This document shows positions 7,621 through 16,823 of a DNA stretch of 49,407 nucleotides, in pieces (position 1 is the first letter of the stretch; every line of letters starts with the position of its first letter). Origin of the DNA: a virus; the IMG/VR virus record IMGVR_UViG_3300015203_000004, positions 1 to 49,407 of that record. The stretch is one strand, 5' to 3'. A program made the position numbers and the translations under genes. The notes under the pieces were generated by a model. It searched no databases, had not been told where the DNA came from, and saw only the letters and a list, made by a program, of their open reading frames with translations.

Positions 7621-7914
7621 ATGAATAATGATCAGAAGCGTCCGGGCGGGATCAAGACGCCTGTAAAGAGCCTTTTTCAGATGCTAGGTCATGAGGGCGG
7701 ATCTCTTTCGTCTCTCCCAGTGAAGCGTCTTGATGCGGCACAGCAATCAGTCGGCGGAAAAAAGTCTGGGGGCAAGCAAGGCATTAGTATTTCCGGTAAA
7801 GTTGGAGATATTAGCACGAGTGTCGTTATTCCATCTGTCGGAACGCAAAAAAGTAATCTCAAACGGCAGATGTCAGGTCCTGCTAACCCCCCGCAAAATA
7901 AGAAAAAGGGTTAA
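7621..7914 (+). CDS. Basic, Gly/Lys/Ser-rich small protein
   Basis: ATG 7621 preceded by AAAGGAG; disordered basic composition. Confidence 0.5.
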   Translation: MNNDQKRPGGIKTPVKSLFQMLGHEGGSLSSLPVKRLDAAQQSVGGKKSGGKQGISISGKVGDISTSVVIPSVGTQKSNLKRQMSGPANPPQNKKKG

Positions 7915-7916
7915 AA

Positions 7917-8168
7917 ATGGCTTTTAAGAAGAAACTTGATGCTTCTAAGAAGGTTGCTCTCAAAGAAAGCGGCCACAAGGCCAATAAAGAGGGTAAACAT
8001 ATCCCCAAAGTGGGTGCGGGACCTGATGAGAAGGTTGCGAAGATGCATAAAAAGCAAATGCATGCGCCTGCCAAGGAAGGCAGCAAGAAAATGGACATCC
8101 CCTACGGAAAACACCCGGTCAACGAGAAGGCCGGACCGATGAAGAAGAAGCATAAGAAGGCAAAATGA
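7917..8168 (+). CDS. Lysine-rich (histone-like composition) small protein
   Basis: About 30 percent Lys; KKKHKKAK C-terminus; ATGA coupling to next gene. Confidence 0.5.
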   Translation: MAFKKKLDASKKVALKESGHKANKEGKHIPKVGAGPDEKVAKMHKKQMHAPAKEGSKKMDIPYGKHPVNEKAGPMKKKHKKAK

Positions 8169-10771
8169 AGGGGCTCAAATCTTTTATAACGAGTTTGGTT
8201 ATATCGTTCTCTTTGATAGCTCCGACTTTAGCTCTAGCGGATTACCAGACGCTCTCAGTAGTGGGTAACCCTCTAACTTCTGCTACTGCTCCATACCTTC
8301 TCCTAAACAACATGACGGGACAATCTGCCTGTAGTGTGACCGTTGCTTCCTTCGGGGGATCAATTTCGGTCGAGGGCCTATACAGAAATACGACTAACTC
8401 TCAATGGACTGCCCCCTTAACAGTATATTCCCCCGATGGGACAACTACTGTCGGCACTACAATCACGGCACCAGGGAGTTACATATTCAACTGCGGCACG
8501 ATGACCTCGGTTCGAGCTGATGGTACCTCTACTACGGGAACACCGACAGTTGTACTTAATGCTACTGGAGGTGTTAACGTAATAGCTAAGATCCCCGGCG
8601 CTAACGGGGGAACAGTAACGAGTGTCTCTGGAACGGGCAACATTTCAAGTACGGGGGGAACAGCCCCCGTTATTTCTATTACCTCTGCTCCTACCTTCTC
8701 AGGCAATGTAACCGTAGGTAATCTGACGGATACGCCCCTTACTCCAGGTAATTGCGTCCAAGCCGGAACAGGTGGCCTGCTTACTACTATAGCGGGAGCA
8801 TGTGGGACCGGAAATGGAACTGTTACTTCTGTTACTGCTACAGGTCCTGTTACCTCCTCTGGAGGCACAGCACCGAATATAGCCTGTGCTACATGTGTAA
8901 CCGGAGTTTCAGGCACGGGAAACATCTCTTCAACCGGAGGTACGACTCCGGTAGTGTCTATCACTTCCGCCCCTACCTTCTTAAATGTTACTGATTCGGC
9001 TTTAACATCTGGTAGATGTGTACAGGCAGGAACAGCCGGTATTCTCTCCACCATCGGAGTCGCATGCGGAACCGGCAACGGCACAGTAACGTCTGTGACG
9101 GCCTCCGGTAACTTAGCCTCCTCCGGTGGCACTACCCCTAATATCACCGTAACCAATGCTCCAACCTTTACGGGGGCTCTCTCTGCTCTGTCCCTTACCG
9201 GGACAGGACTAACTTCAGGAAATTGTCTACAAGCCGGAGTTGGGGGACTCATAGGTAATACAGCCTTCGCCTGCGGTTCTGGGAACGGTACGGTTACTTC
9301 TGTTACTGCATCTGGAAATCTAGCTTCTAGTGGCGGGAACACACCGAATGTAACAGTGACAGACTCGCCTACCTTCGCTGGTACGGTTACTGCTACTACT
9401 AACATTGTAGATTCTGCTTTAACCATAGGTCGTTGTGTACAGACAGGAACTGCGGGAGTATTTACCAATACTGCTTTCGCCTGTGGGTCGGGAAATGGTA
9501 CAGTTGCCTCAGTTTCTGGGGGAACTAACATAACCACGTCCGGGACGGCGGTGAACCCCATTATTAATACAGTTGCCTCTCCCACATTCTCTGGAACGGT
9601 AACGGCTACCACTAATATTATTGATTCTGCCTTAACCTCGGGGAATTGTCTACAAGCGGGGGCTAGCGGCCTCATACAAAATATAGCGGTAGCTTGCGGC
9701 ACGGTCACATCAGTTACAGCCGGGTCAAATATCGTTATCGGAGGTACGTCAGCAGCCCCGACAGTTGCTATTACTGCATCGCCCACCCTCACTAACATGA
9801 CTCTCACTGCTTTAGCGACAGCCGGTGTTAATTGCGCTCAAGTTGGATCAACGGGACTATTCCAGCTTCCCGGAGGAACCAACATCGGCGGCTGCCCCAT
9901 CAATGCTACTAATGCAACTTTTGTTATTCCTGCTCAGGGGGGGAGCGTTTCGGTTTCCACCCTAAACTTCAGCGCGTTCCCGAAGAACGGTCTCCCAGTT
10001 ACTATAGATGATGGTACGCATGCTATGTACGGTCTTATTACTGCGGGTGCAAATACCGCGACATGGACTGTTACTAACCTTGGGTTAACACTCGGTTCTG
10101 TCGGTAATACAATGGCATCCGGTGCTCTAATCTATCCAGGAGCCTCATCAATTCCCACGAACCCAACTCAGACTTCTTTTCTCTCCGGTTCCGGAACGTA
10201 CACGACTCCAGCAGGCGTGAAATGGGTTCGTATTTTCGCAGTCGGCGGCGGCGGCGGCGGCGGAGGTAGCAATGCTACAGGCGGAACCGGAGGAACTGGC
10301 GGTAACACTACCTTCGGAACCTCGCTCATCGTGGCTAACGGAGGCACCGGGGGCATTGAAGGTAGTGCGGCAGCCGGCGGAACCGGCGGAACCGCGAGCC
10401 TAGGTACTGCAGTCGGCCTCGCTGTCACTGGTGGCGGAGGATCTCCTTACTACCTCGGAGGAGGCGGAACCGGAGGATCTTCTTGCCTAGGCGGCGCGGG
10501 GTCAGCAAGTGGATCAAATAGCAGCAGTGTAGCCGGTAGTCCCGGAGCTACAAACACTGGTGGTGGCGGCGGCGGGGCTAACGGTTCCACTGCAGGATCT
10601 ACCGGCGGCGGATCCGGGGGCTGTGTTCAGGCTGTAATAACTGCTCCATTAGCCACCTATGCTTATGCAGTCGGTGCCGCAGGAACTGCGGGTACGGCAG
10701 GAACTAGTGGATTCGCAGGGGGCGCAGGCGGATCTGGTATACTGACTATCGAAGAGCACTATAACTACTAA
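8165..10771 (+). CDS. Signal-peptide-bearing repeat protein (fibre-like) with C-terminal glycine-rich domain
   Basis: MKGLKSFITSLVISFSLIAPTLALA/DY; about 7 repeats with paired Cys; C-terminus VKWVRIFAVGGGGGGGGSNATGGTGGTGG... Confidence 0.7.
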   Translation: MKGLKSFITSLVISFSLIAPTLALADYQTLSVVGNPLTSATAPYLLLNNMTGQSACSVTVASFGGSISVEGLYRNTTNSQWTAPLTVYSPDGTTTVGTTITAPGSYIFNCGTMTSVRADGTSTTGTPTVVLNATGGVNVIAKIPGANGGTVTSVSGTGNISSTGGTAPVISITSAPTFSGNVTVGNLTDTPLTPGNCVQAGTGGLLTTIAGACGTGNGTVTSVTATGPVTSSGGTAPNIACATCVTGVSGTGNISSTGGTTPVVSITSAPTFLNVTDSALTSGRCVQAGTAGILSTIGVACGTGNGTVTSVTASGNLASSGGTTPNITVTNAPTFTGALSALSLTGTGLTSGNCLQAGVGGLIGNTAFACGSGNGTVTSVTASGNLASSGGNTPNVTVTDSPTFAGTVTATTNIVDSALTIGRCVQTGTAGVFTNTAFACGSGNGTVASVSGGTNITTSGTAVNPIINTVASPTFSGTVTATTNIIDSALTSGNCLQAGASGLIQNIAVACGTVTSVTAGSNIVIGGTSAAPTVAITASPTLTNMTLTALATAGVNCAQVGSTGLFQLPGGTNIGGCPINATNATFVIPAQGGSVSVSTLNFSAFPKNGLPVTIDDGTHAMYGLITAGANTATWTVTNLGLTLGSVGNTMASGALIYPGASSIPTNPTQTSFLSGSGTYTTPAGVKWVRIFAVGGGGGGGGSNATGGTGGTGGNTTFGTSLIVANGGTGGIEGSAAAGGTGGTASLGTAVGLAVTGGGGSPYYLGGGGTGGSSCLGGAGSASGSNSSSVAGSPGATNTGGGGGGANGSTAGSTGGGSGGCVQAVITAPLATYAYAVGAAGTAGTAGTSGFAGGAGGSGILTIEEHYNY
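8597..9898 (+). repeat. About 7 tandem coding repeats (about 70 aa / 210 nt period)
   Basis: Recurrent ..LTSGNC(V/L)QAG.GG......ACG(S/T)GNGTVTSVTA.G...SSGG..PN...T.APTF.G.. Confidence 0.8.
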
Positions 10772-10776
10772 GGATT

Positions 10777-12078
10777 ATGATGAGAACACTAATACTTGGT
10801 TTAGCGTTGGCAGTAATACCGACTTCGGTCCTAGCGGATCAAGCCTTTAGTATTCCTTTCAATCAGAACTTCCTCTCTCCAATCTATCTTCAGTCTGTGC
10901 CACCAGGTCAATGTCTTACGACTACGACTTTTAGTAAGGTTGTCGGAACAGGTTCAGCATGCGGCTCTGGAGGAGGTGGAGGCGGGGTTACATCAGTAAC
11001 AGCCGGCTCATCGGGTAATATGTCGTTCTCTCCTACTACGGGGGCAGTCATCGGTGATATTACTGAGAATCCTATATTCACTGGACAGATCAACTCAACC
11101 CTTGGTAACGCGGGAGCAGCTCTTCAAACCTCTGGCAACTATCCCATAGCGTGGAAGACGAGTTTCGGTGACTCTGTTAATCAGAATTCATCTAATGCTT
11201 TTTCTATAGCAAACATTCGTAATGACACCTGGGGTATCTATGATCTTACTTCAAGTTCCCTATTAATTGCTATGGATAGTACGGGAGCTCTCGGGGTCAA
11301 CAACCTGAACGATGCTAACCTAACCCCCGGGAACTGCGTCCAGGCGGCTGCTAATGGGCGACTCACCACTACGGGTTCTGCCTGTGGTGGAGGCGGTGGG
11401 GGAGCAGTTACATCAGTAACAGCCGGCTCATCGGGTAATTTAACAGTATCCCCCACCACGGGGGCAGTGGTTGCAGATGTAGTTGCAGCTCCCACCTTTA
11501 CCGGGTCTGTGACTTCGACCAGTTTATTTAACCCAGCTTTCATAGCTACTAATACCCAGTTTGCTCAATGGTTGGGCTCTACCGGAGACACCTCTAAACT
11601 TACCGCAGATGGTACACTCTTAGTAGGAGGTGTAGTAACCAACAGTGCCTTCGGTATCAAAGACGTAACTAACTCCAACCAACTAATAGCAGTTGATACA
11701 GGCGGAGAACTCGGAGTTAGGCAGGGAGTATTTGCTCAATCGCTCAATGCTTCGAATCTTTCTCCCGGCATGTGCTTGAAGGCAGTTGGATCCGGTCCTC
11801 AGTATTCAGTTGCATCGACGAATGAGCATTGCGGTGGACAACATGGTAATGTTACTATTACAGCATCTGCGGGGTCTTGCGTTGCTGGGTCACCCATCAC
11901 ATTTACCACAGCCGCCCCTGGTACCCCTGACATCGTAATGTCTACTTCTCCCGTAGTCGGAGATACAGCCGCCCCAACCTCCATCTCGCCCACGGGTTTT
12001 ACACCCGAACTTTGCAGCACAACGAGTAATGCAGCCGCCACAGTCTACTGGATCGCTACGTCAGGATCGAATTTTTAA
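10777..12078 (+). CDS. Signal-peptide-bearing fibre-like protein, paralogous modules to 8165 and 12688 genes
   Basis: MMRTLILGLALAVIPTSVLA/DQ; IPFNQNF..PPGQCL..SACGSGGGGGGVTSVTAGSSGN module twice. Confidence 0.65.
   Translation: MMRTLILGLALAVIPTSVLADQAFSIPFNQNFLSPIYLQSVPPGQCLTTTTFSKVVGTGSACGSGGGGGGVTSVTAGSSGNMSFSPTTGAVIGDITENPIFTGQINSTLGNAGAALQTSGNYPIAWKTSFGDSVNQNSSNAFSIANIRNDTWGIYDLTSSSLLIAMDSTGALGVNNLNDANLTPGNCVQAAANGRLTTTGSACGGGGGGAVTSVTAGSSGNLTVSPTTGAVVADVVAAPTFTGSVTSTSLFNPAFIATNTQFAQWLGSTGDTSKLTADGTLLVGGVVTNSAFGIKDVTNSNQLIAVDTGGELGVRQGVFAQSLNASNLSPGMCLKAVGSGPQYSVASTNEHCGGQHGNVTITASAGSCVAGSPITFTTAAPGTPDIVMSTSPVVGDTAAPTSISPTGFTPELCSTTSNAAATVYWIATSGSNF
10987..11439 (+). repeat. 33-nt exact direct repeat pair (10987..11019 and 11407..11439), internal duplication 420 bp apart
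   Basis: gttacatcagtaacagccggctcatcgggtaat present twice. Confidence 0.9.
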
Positions 12079-12079
12079 C

Positions 12080-12679
12080 ATGAAGAAGTACTCAGTTCTC
12101 GCTCTTTCAACCATCCTAGTTCTTGCCCCCATCTGTTCATTAGCCGACAATGATGGTCAGAAGGTCACGAATCCGACTAGCACCGCCTACACTGGGTTCG
12201 TTACCGCAATAAATCTGAATCCCGCCTTCACCGGCTACACTCCTTCTATCAACTTCGTCGCGGGTGGCAGTGGAGCTTATACACTAACTCTGCAGACTAA
12301 CCAAAGTCTGATAGCGGCACCTATCACAACTGGAACTAACTCCTTCATTTCCATTAAGGGCTTCTCTATCGAGTGTCTCCCATACAATCCAGCATTAGTC
12401 GGCTCTACGGGTTACCTGTATTCTGCTGAATCCAATGGAGTCGCGGGCGGAACGGTAACGATTCATGAGTATAAACCATCAGGTGCTGCGGTTACGGTCG
12501 GGACGGTAGTTCTTCCTACTAGTCCTCATAACGGTCCCTACGTTAATACTGCGGTATCTACCCTGATTAGCCCATATGTCCCCACTACGGGATCGGTATT
12601 CGATGCCTATGTGACGTCATTCAATGCAACTCCTACGGTACAATACAATAATTGCGTTGTTACTGCAACACTTCAGTAA
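12080..12679 (+). CDS. Signal-peptide-bearing protein, unknown function
   Basis: MKKYSVLALSTILVLAPICSLA/DN; start set at ATG 12080 just after the previous stop. Confidence 0.6.
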   Translation: MKKYSVLALSTILVLAPICSLADNDGQKVTNPTSTAYTGFVTAINLNPAFTGYTPSINFVAGGSGAYTLTLQTNQSLIAAPITTGTNSFISIKGFSIECLPYNPALVGSTGYLYSAESNGVAGGTVTIHEYKPSGAAVTVGTVVLPTSPHNGPYVNTAVSTLISPYVPTTGSVFDAYVTSFNATPTVQYNNCVVTATLQ

Positions 12680-12687
12680 GGTGATTC

Positions 12688-13263
12688 ATGAGTAACTACA
12701 CGAGAAAAGTAGTCCAGAGCATTGTAGCAACAGTGGCTTTATTACTGTCTTGCGCACCTAGCTCCGCTCAGGCTATTCAAGCCTACACTATCCCGTTCAA
12801 TACTAACTTCGCTAACTCGGTGTTGCTGGGGGCTATCCCATCGGGTCAGTGCTTATCAACTTCAACTAGCGGCCTTATTGTAGGAGCAACCTGCAGTACG
12901 GGGCTTGTCCAGTCAGTAACTGCTGGAACGAATGTAACCGTAACTGGAACTGCTACCAACCCCATCATCAATGCCTCTGGAGGCGGTGGAGGTTCGGTAG
13001 TAAACTATCAGAATGGGATTCTTTTAGGGGGCCTTAAGGTTCAATCAGGACTAGTTAGTACATCTGCTACTACTCCCTTCCATGGAACCATGACTTTCGG
13101 TACTGCGTATGTCTCACCTCCTATCTGCACAGCAACGTACATTGATCCCACAGATGGGGGATTATCGTCGGCTTACATCCATTCTCAGAGCACCACCAAC
13201 GTGATTATAACGGATGGTAGCAGTGCGGGTTTGTCTTATAATGTCATGTGTGTGGGATTTTAA
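12688..13263 (+). CDS. Signal-peptide-bearing protein, N-terminal paralog of the 10777 gene
   Basis: VATVALLLSCAPSSAQA/IQ, then AYTIPFNTNF...IPSGQCLSTS matching AFSIPFNQNF...PPGQCLTTT; AAGGTGA RBS. Confidence 0.6.
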   Translation: MSNYTRKVVQSIVATVALLLSCAPSSAQAIQAYTIPFNTNFANSVLLGAIPSGQCLSTSTSGLIVGATCSTGLVQSVTAGTNVTVTGTATNPIINASGGGGGSVVNYQNGILLGGLKVQSGLVSTSATTPFHGTMTFGTAYVSPPICTATYIDPTDGGLSSAYIHSQSTTNVIITDGSSAGLSYNVMCVGF

Positions 13264-13279
13264 GAGGAATGTAACGAGA

Positions 13280-13308
13280 TTGCTGGAAGTATAGTAAATT
13301 GCTATACT
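13280..13308 (+). promoter_or_regulatory. Candidate promoter TTGCTG-N17-TATACT ahead of portal gene
   Basis: TTGCTG 13280-85, 17 nt, TATACT 13303-08, AGGAG, ATG 13318 (only 9 nt after the -10). Confidence 0.35.
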
Positions 13309-13317
13309 AGGAGCATC

Positions 13318-15219
13318 ATGAAGAAAAATTTCCATAGTGAGACTGATTATCAACCTGAAGCTCCTGTAAATCTTCCTATCCCTAAAATAAGCGATGCTAC
13401 ATGGCAGTCTCTTGGTGAGACTGCCATGATTCTTATAAACATCAATTTAGGGAATAGATCGGAACTAGACGAATCATTGAATATATGGAACTCCATGTAT
13501 GAGATGAGAGTCACGCCTAGAGATTCACCGTGGCCGAATGCTTCTAATTTATCAATACCCTTGATACCCGCTCAGGTGGAAGAATTTGTCGCTAGGGTTG
13601 GTGGTTCAGTGTTATTGCCTCGTCCTTTCAGTGTACGTGGCAATGATAGTAACTCTTCTGTTTATAGTCATTCTGTGGAACAGTTTTACAACGGCAAGTA
13701 CACCTCGAACAGGTGGGATGATGCCTTCTTCACCGGGATTCATCTCTCCGCCCGCGATGGGGTCACCATCATGGAAATCATGTGGGAACTTTCTACTTAT
13801 GAGAGAATCTTCATTGCCGACTCAATGGACGACCAGGGTCAGCCTACAAAGATAAAACAGAAGGTCAAGTTCACTCAGTACAATGATCCAAAGCTTAGGC
13901 CGGTAGAACTCAGAGACTTTCTTCTAGTACCGGCACATGCGACTTCGATTGAAGAAGCGGATGCTTGCTGTCGAAAAGAATACATGAGCGAAGCAGCCCT
14001 ACGAAAGCTAGTCAATTCGGGTGTTCTTGATGAAGATCGAGTCGAGTTCGCCCTTTCTTATGTCTCTACCGGGCAGGGAGACTTGTCTTATGATAGGCAA
14101 GGTGATTCCACATATACTATCTCAGGTAAAATCAATGTAACTGATGTGGCAGTCGCGCCTCCCGACGGAGTCAAGATGGAGAGAGGTCCTATCACGGTCT
14201 GGCGCATCCACACCAATCAGTACGACCTTGATAACGACGGAGTCCCCGAAGAGAACATACTGTGGGTGCACGACCGCAGTAGAACTCTCCTCGGATACAC
14301 ACCTTTCGAGTACTTACAGGGAAGACCATTCAAATCTCTAGCGCCCTTTCCTCGTCCTAATAGATTCTATGGATTCAGTATTCCAGAGCGCCTCAAGGAC
14401 CTTCAAGATGAACTGAACGCGCAACACAATGGCCGCCTCGACCTCATGGATTGGGCTCTCAATCCTACCACGATCAAAGAACCTAACGTCCGTCTTCGAG
14501 AAGAAGATATGGGTATGGGTCCCGGCATCATGATTGACGCCAAACCAGGATCCATTAGCTTCCTGACGGCTCCCGAAGTTCCTCAGTCCTCCTGGACTGA
14601 AGAGCAGTCAATTATGATGTATGCGCAGGCCATTATGGGTGCTCCTCAAGCAATGGGTCCCCAACAACAACAGTCATCGGGAGGTAATAGAAGTGCGAGA
14701 TCGGCCCAGCAGAATGCGGCTGTCGCGGGTTTACCTACGAATATTGTCCTCAAGAGAGTCCGTTCATGGATGCAGGAGTGTTTCGAGTATATTCATGGTC
14801 TTTACATCCAGTATGGCAAAGACCAAATGGAGGCAGTTGACCATAGCCCCGGCGGTGCTCAAAAAATTGAACTACCGAAGGAAATCCTCTCACTGGATTA
14901 CACTCTGTCCATCGCAGGTCAGGGGGGTCCTCTCGATAAGGAAAATAGACGAAATGACCTTCTCATGTTTGCCTCTTTCCTCCAGAGCAACCCTCTCGTT
15001 CAAGGTAATCTCCCCCGGATCTGGGCTCTCACGGCTCTTATAGCTGAAACTTATGATCTACCTGAAGTGACGAAGTTCATTGGTACTATGGAAGAAGCTC
15101 AACAACAGGGACAACAGCAGGCCCAGCAGCAAGAGATGCAACAGAAGATGCAGTTCGCTCTCGCTGCTATGAATCACGGAAAGGTGGAATCAAGTGGCAA
15201 GCCACCTGGCGGAGCATAA
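13318..15219 (+). CDS. Portal protein (by size and position)
   Basis: 633 aa, first gene of the scaffold-capsid block, Q-rich acidic C-terminus; no motif verified. Confidence 0.55.
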   Translation: MKKNFHSETDYQPEAPVNLPIPKISDATWQSLGETAMILININLGNRSELDESLNIWNSMYEMRVTPRDSPWPNASNLSIPLIPAQVEEFVARVGGSVLLPRPFSVRGNDSNSSVYSHSVEQFYNGKYTSNRWDDAFFTGIHLSARDGVTIMEIMWELSTYERIFIADSMDDQGQPTKIKQKVKFTQYNDPKLRPVELRDFLLVPAHATSIEEADACCRKEYMSEAALRKLVNSGVLDEDRVEFALSYVSTGQGDLSYDRQGDSTYTISGKINVTDVAVAPPDGVKMERGPITVWRIHTNQYDLDNDGVPEENILWVHDRSRTLLGYTPFEYLQGRPFKSLAPFPRPNRFYGFSIPERLKDLQDELNAQHNGRLDLMDWALNPTTIKEPNVRLREEDMGMGPGIMIDAKPGSISFLTAPEVPQSSWTEEQSIMMYAQAIMGAPQAMGPQQQQSSGGNRSARSAQQNAAVAGLPTNIVLKRVRSWMQECFEYIHGLYIQYGKDQMEAVDHSPGGAQKIELPKEILSLDYTLSIAGQGGPLDKENRRNDLLMFASFLQSNPLVQGNLPRIWALTALIAETYDLPEVTKFIGTMEEAQQQGQQQAQQQEMQQKMQFALAAMNHGKVESSGKPPGGA

Positions 15220-15442
15220 TAGGGGATATCATGCCGAAGTATTCAGAAGTGTCTACGATATCTCTATAAAACCCGTACTTCAAGGATGGGTGAAGGAGAT
15301 TATGGGGGATCCCTCTATGGATGAGGGGGAGAGACGTGGAAAGATTATCGCATATAATGAAATCTTTAGAGGATTCCTTGCAATGTACGCGAATTCTAAG
15401 TTAGAAGTACCAGAATGGCTACAAGAGGAATTTAATCTATGA
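15194..15442 (+). CDS. Hypothetical protein
   Basis: 82-aa ORF, ATGA coupling to next gene. Confidence 0.4.
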   Translation: MASHLAEHNRGYHAEVFRSVYDISIKPVLQGWVKEIMGDPSMDEGERRGKIIAYNEIFRGFLAMYANSKLEVPEWLQEEFNL

Positions 15443-16203
15443 GCGACCTCGATGACTTACTTAATGATGAGGAGATAGTTTCTTTCGTCCCCTCGTCTTC
15501 GCCTTCACAGGATGTCTCGCACAGTAATCAACATTCATCAGTTCCCAATACGGACCTAGAGGAACTAAAAGCACAGTTAGCTCAACAAGCTGCTGAGATC
15601 AAACGTCTCAGCATTCCAACGTCACAGCCGACTTGGGCTCCCCCGGTTCAGCAGCAGGCTCATAACACTAGTATTCCTAGTTCTACACGTGCCCAACTCA
15701 AGGAACAACTTCAGAATGCTTATCTCACTGATCCTGCAGAAGCTATGCTCTCCTTATACGAAATGGCGAAAAAGGAAGCTGTTGCGGAAGCTCGTTTATC
15801 TATGGTCCCAGTTGCAGGTCAGACAACCCGCTTCGCCATAGATCAGTTCCGTAAGAGTCAGAGCTTCTTATCCGATGAGAATGAGGAGTTTGACTCCCTT
15901 ATCAGTCAGATCAGTGAAGCTGATATGGCAAACGTTAACCCTGCTATGCTTTCGAAGCAACTAGAGATTCTCAAGCATGCAGCCCGAGGCGCAGCATTAG
16001 AGAAAAGACAGAAAGCTCCCCAAGTCCGCATCCCTATGTATAGCGCAGGGGATACTTCTGCTCGTTCGACGGGTCAGAAGGTCAATGTCAAACTCACTAA
16101 AGGTCAAAAAGCATTCTGGGACATGGGTATGGAGAATGGCTTAAAACCTGAACAGATTATGGAAGTCATCAATGGAGATGATGGACAAGGTGGAATAGCA
16201 TGA
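15439..16203 (+). CDS. Putative scaffolding protein
   Basis: Acidic N-terminus, Q/A/E-rich helical composition, located between portal and capsid. Confidence 0.45.
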   Translation: MSDLDDLLNDEEIVSFVPSSSPSQDVSHSNQHSSVPNTDLEELKAQLAQQAAEIKRLSIPTSQPTWAPPVQQQAHNTSIPSSTRAQLKEQLQNAYLTDPAEAMLSLYEMAKKEAVAEARLSMVPVAGQTTRFAIDQFRKSQSFLSDENEEFDSLISQISEADMANVNPAMLSKQLEILKHAARGAALEKRQKAPQVRIPMYSAGDTSARSTGQKVNVKLTKGQKAFWDMGMENGLKPEQIMEVINGDDGQGGIA

Positions 16204-16751
16204 GTCTCCCAATCCCAAACAAGACAGTCTCAGAGTTGATGAGTCAGAAGTTTAATGCTGCGAATCAAACTAACCAGGGTAAGCGAGTTGCACTTCCCAA
16301 TGGACGATTTGCGGACTATAACTCTCTAGTCGATCAGACCTATATCCCGACAGACCATACCTCAATTTTCGCGGACCCAAAGAAGTTCATGAAGAATCCT
16401 CGCCCTGACTGCATGTACTCCTGGGTGGACTTCAAAAAAGAAGCGGCAATCATGGGAAAGATTCGTTCGGGAGCATATCGTCCGGTTGAAGAAGAAGAGA
16501 TGCTAGACGATAAAGACATCCCGATGATGTCACATAAAATGTGCGGCTTGGCCCTCGTTACTGTGTATGACGTAGCCCTGATGGAAGTTCAGCCTCGCGC
16601 AGTAGCTGAGATGTACAAGTGGAGAGAGAAGTTAGCTATCGACCGAACCGTCAATAATGTCTCATTTGCTCAGTTTCAACAGAATGTCCAACGTGCTGCC
16701 GGTGAAGGAGTTATCGCTACTTGTGAAGTAAACGACCTGCGAAACAAGTAA
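16200..16751 (+). CDS. Hypothetical head-module protein
   Basis: 183-aa ORF, ATGA coupled. Confidence 0.45.
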   Translation: MSLPIPNKTVSELMSQKFNAANQTNQGKRVALPNGRFADYNSLVDQTYIPTDHTSIFADPKKFMKNPRPDCMYSWVDFKKEAAIMGKIRSGAYRPVEEEEMLDDKDIPMMSHKMCGLALVTVYDVALMEVQPRAVAEMYKWREKLAIDRTVNNVSFAQFQQNVQRAAGEGVIATCEVNDLRNK

Positions 16752-16756
16752 TCTCA

Positions 16757-16786
16757 TTGACAATTCTCACACAAAGACTGTATGAT
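16757..16786 (+). promoter_or_regulatory. Strong sigma70-like promoter TTGACA-N18-TATGAT overlapping the terminator hairpin
   Basis: Consensus -35 at 16757-62; TATGAT 16781-86 lies in the left arm and loop of the hairpin. Confidence 0.45.
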
Positions 16787-16805
16787 AAGCATACAGTCTT
16801 TTTTT
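16775..16805 (+). terminator. Rho-independent terminator
   Basis: agactgtatg ataag catacagtct followed by tttttt. Confidence 0.7.
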
Positions 16806-16823
16806 CTTGTGAAAGAGCAATAG

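Noticed and set aside
8479-9807. 442-aa antisense ORF inside the repeat-protein gene, plus similar antisense ORFs at 10168..10428, 10908..11093 and 11238..11543
   Set aside because: It arises from the Gly/Thr/Val codon bias of the + strand repeats, whose reverse complements contain few stops. It has no RBS or coupling and yields a repetitive P/V/A-rich product. The + frame has a signal peptide, coupling and paralogs.
8597-9898. Diversity-generating retroelement targeting the variable fibre repeats
   Set aside because: There is no reverse transcriptase gene and no template-repeat/variable-repeat pair with adenine-specific differences. The repeats differ at all base types, as expected of old tandem duplications.
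10244-10261. (GGC)6 microsatellite as a phase-variation switch
   Set aside because: Slippage of a trinucleotide unit keeps the reading frame and only changes the length of a Gly run inside an already glycine-rich domain.
12029-12079. N-terminal extensions offered by the ORF track (12029, 2084, 2428, 3365, 7585, 20796, 35114, 46445, 48734)
   Set aside because: Downstream in-frame starts sit at ATGA/TAATG junctions or behind AGGAG-type RBS and give sensible N-termini, such as signal peptides. The extensions overlap upstream genes.
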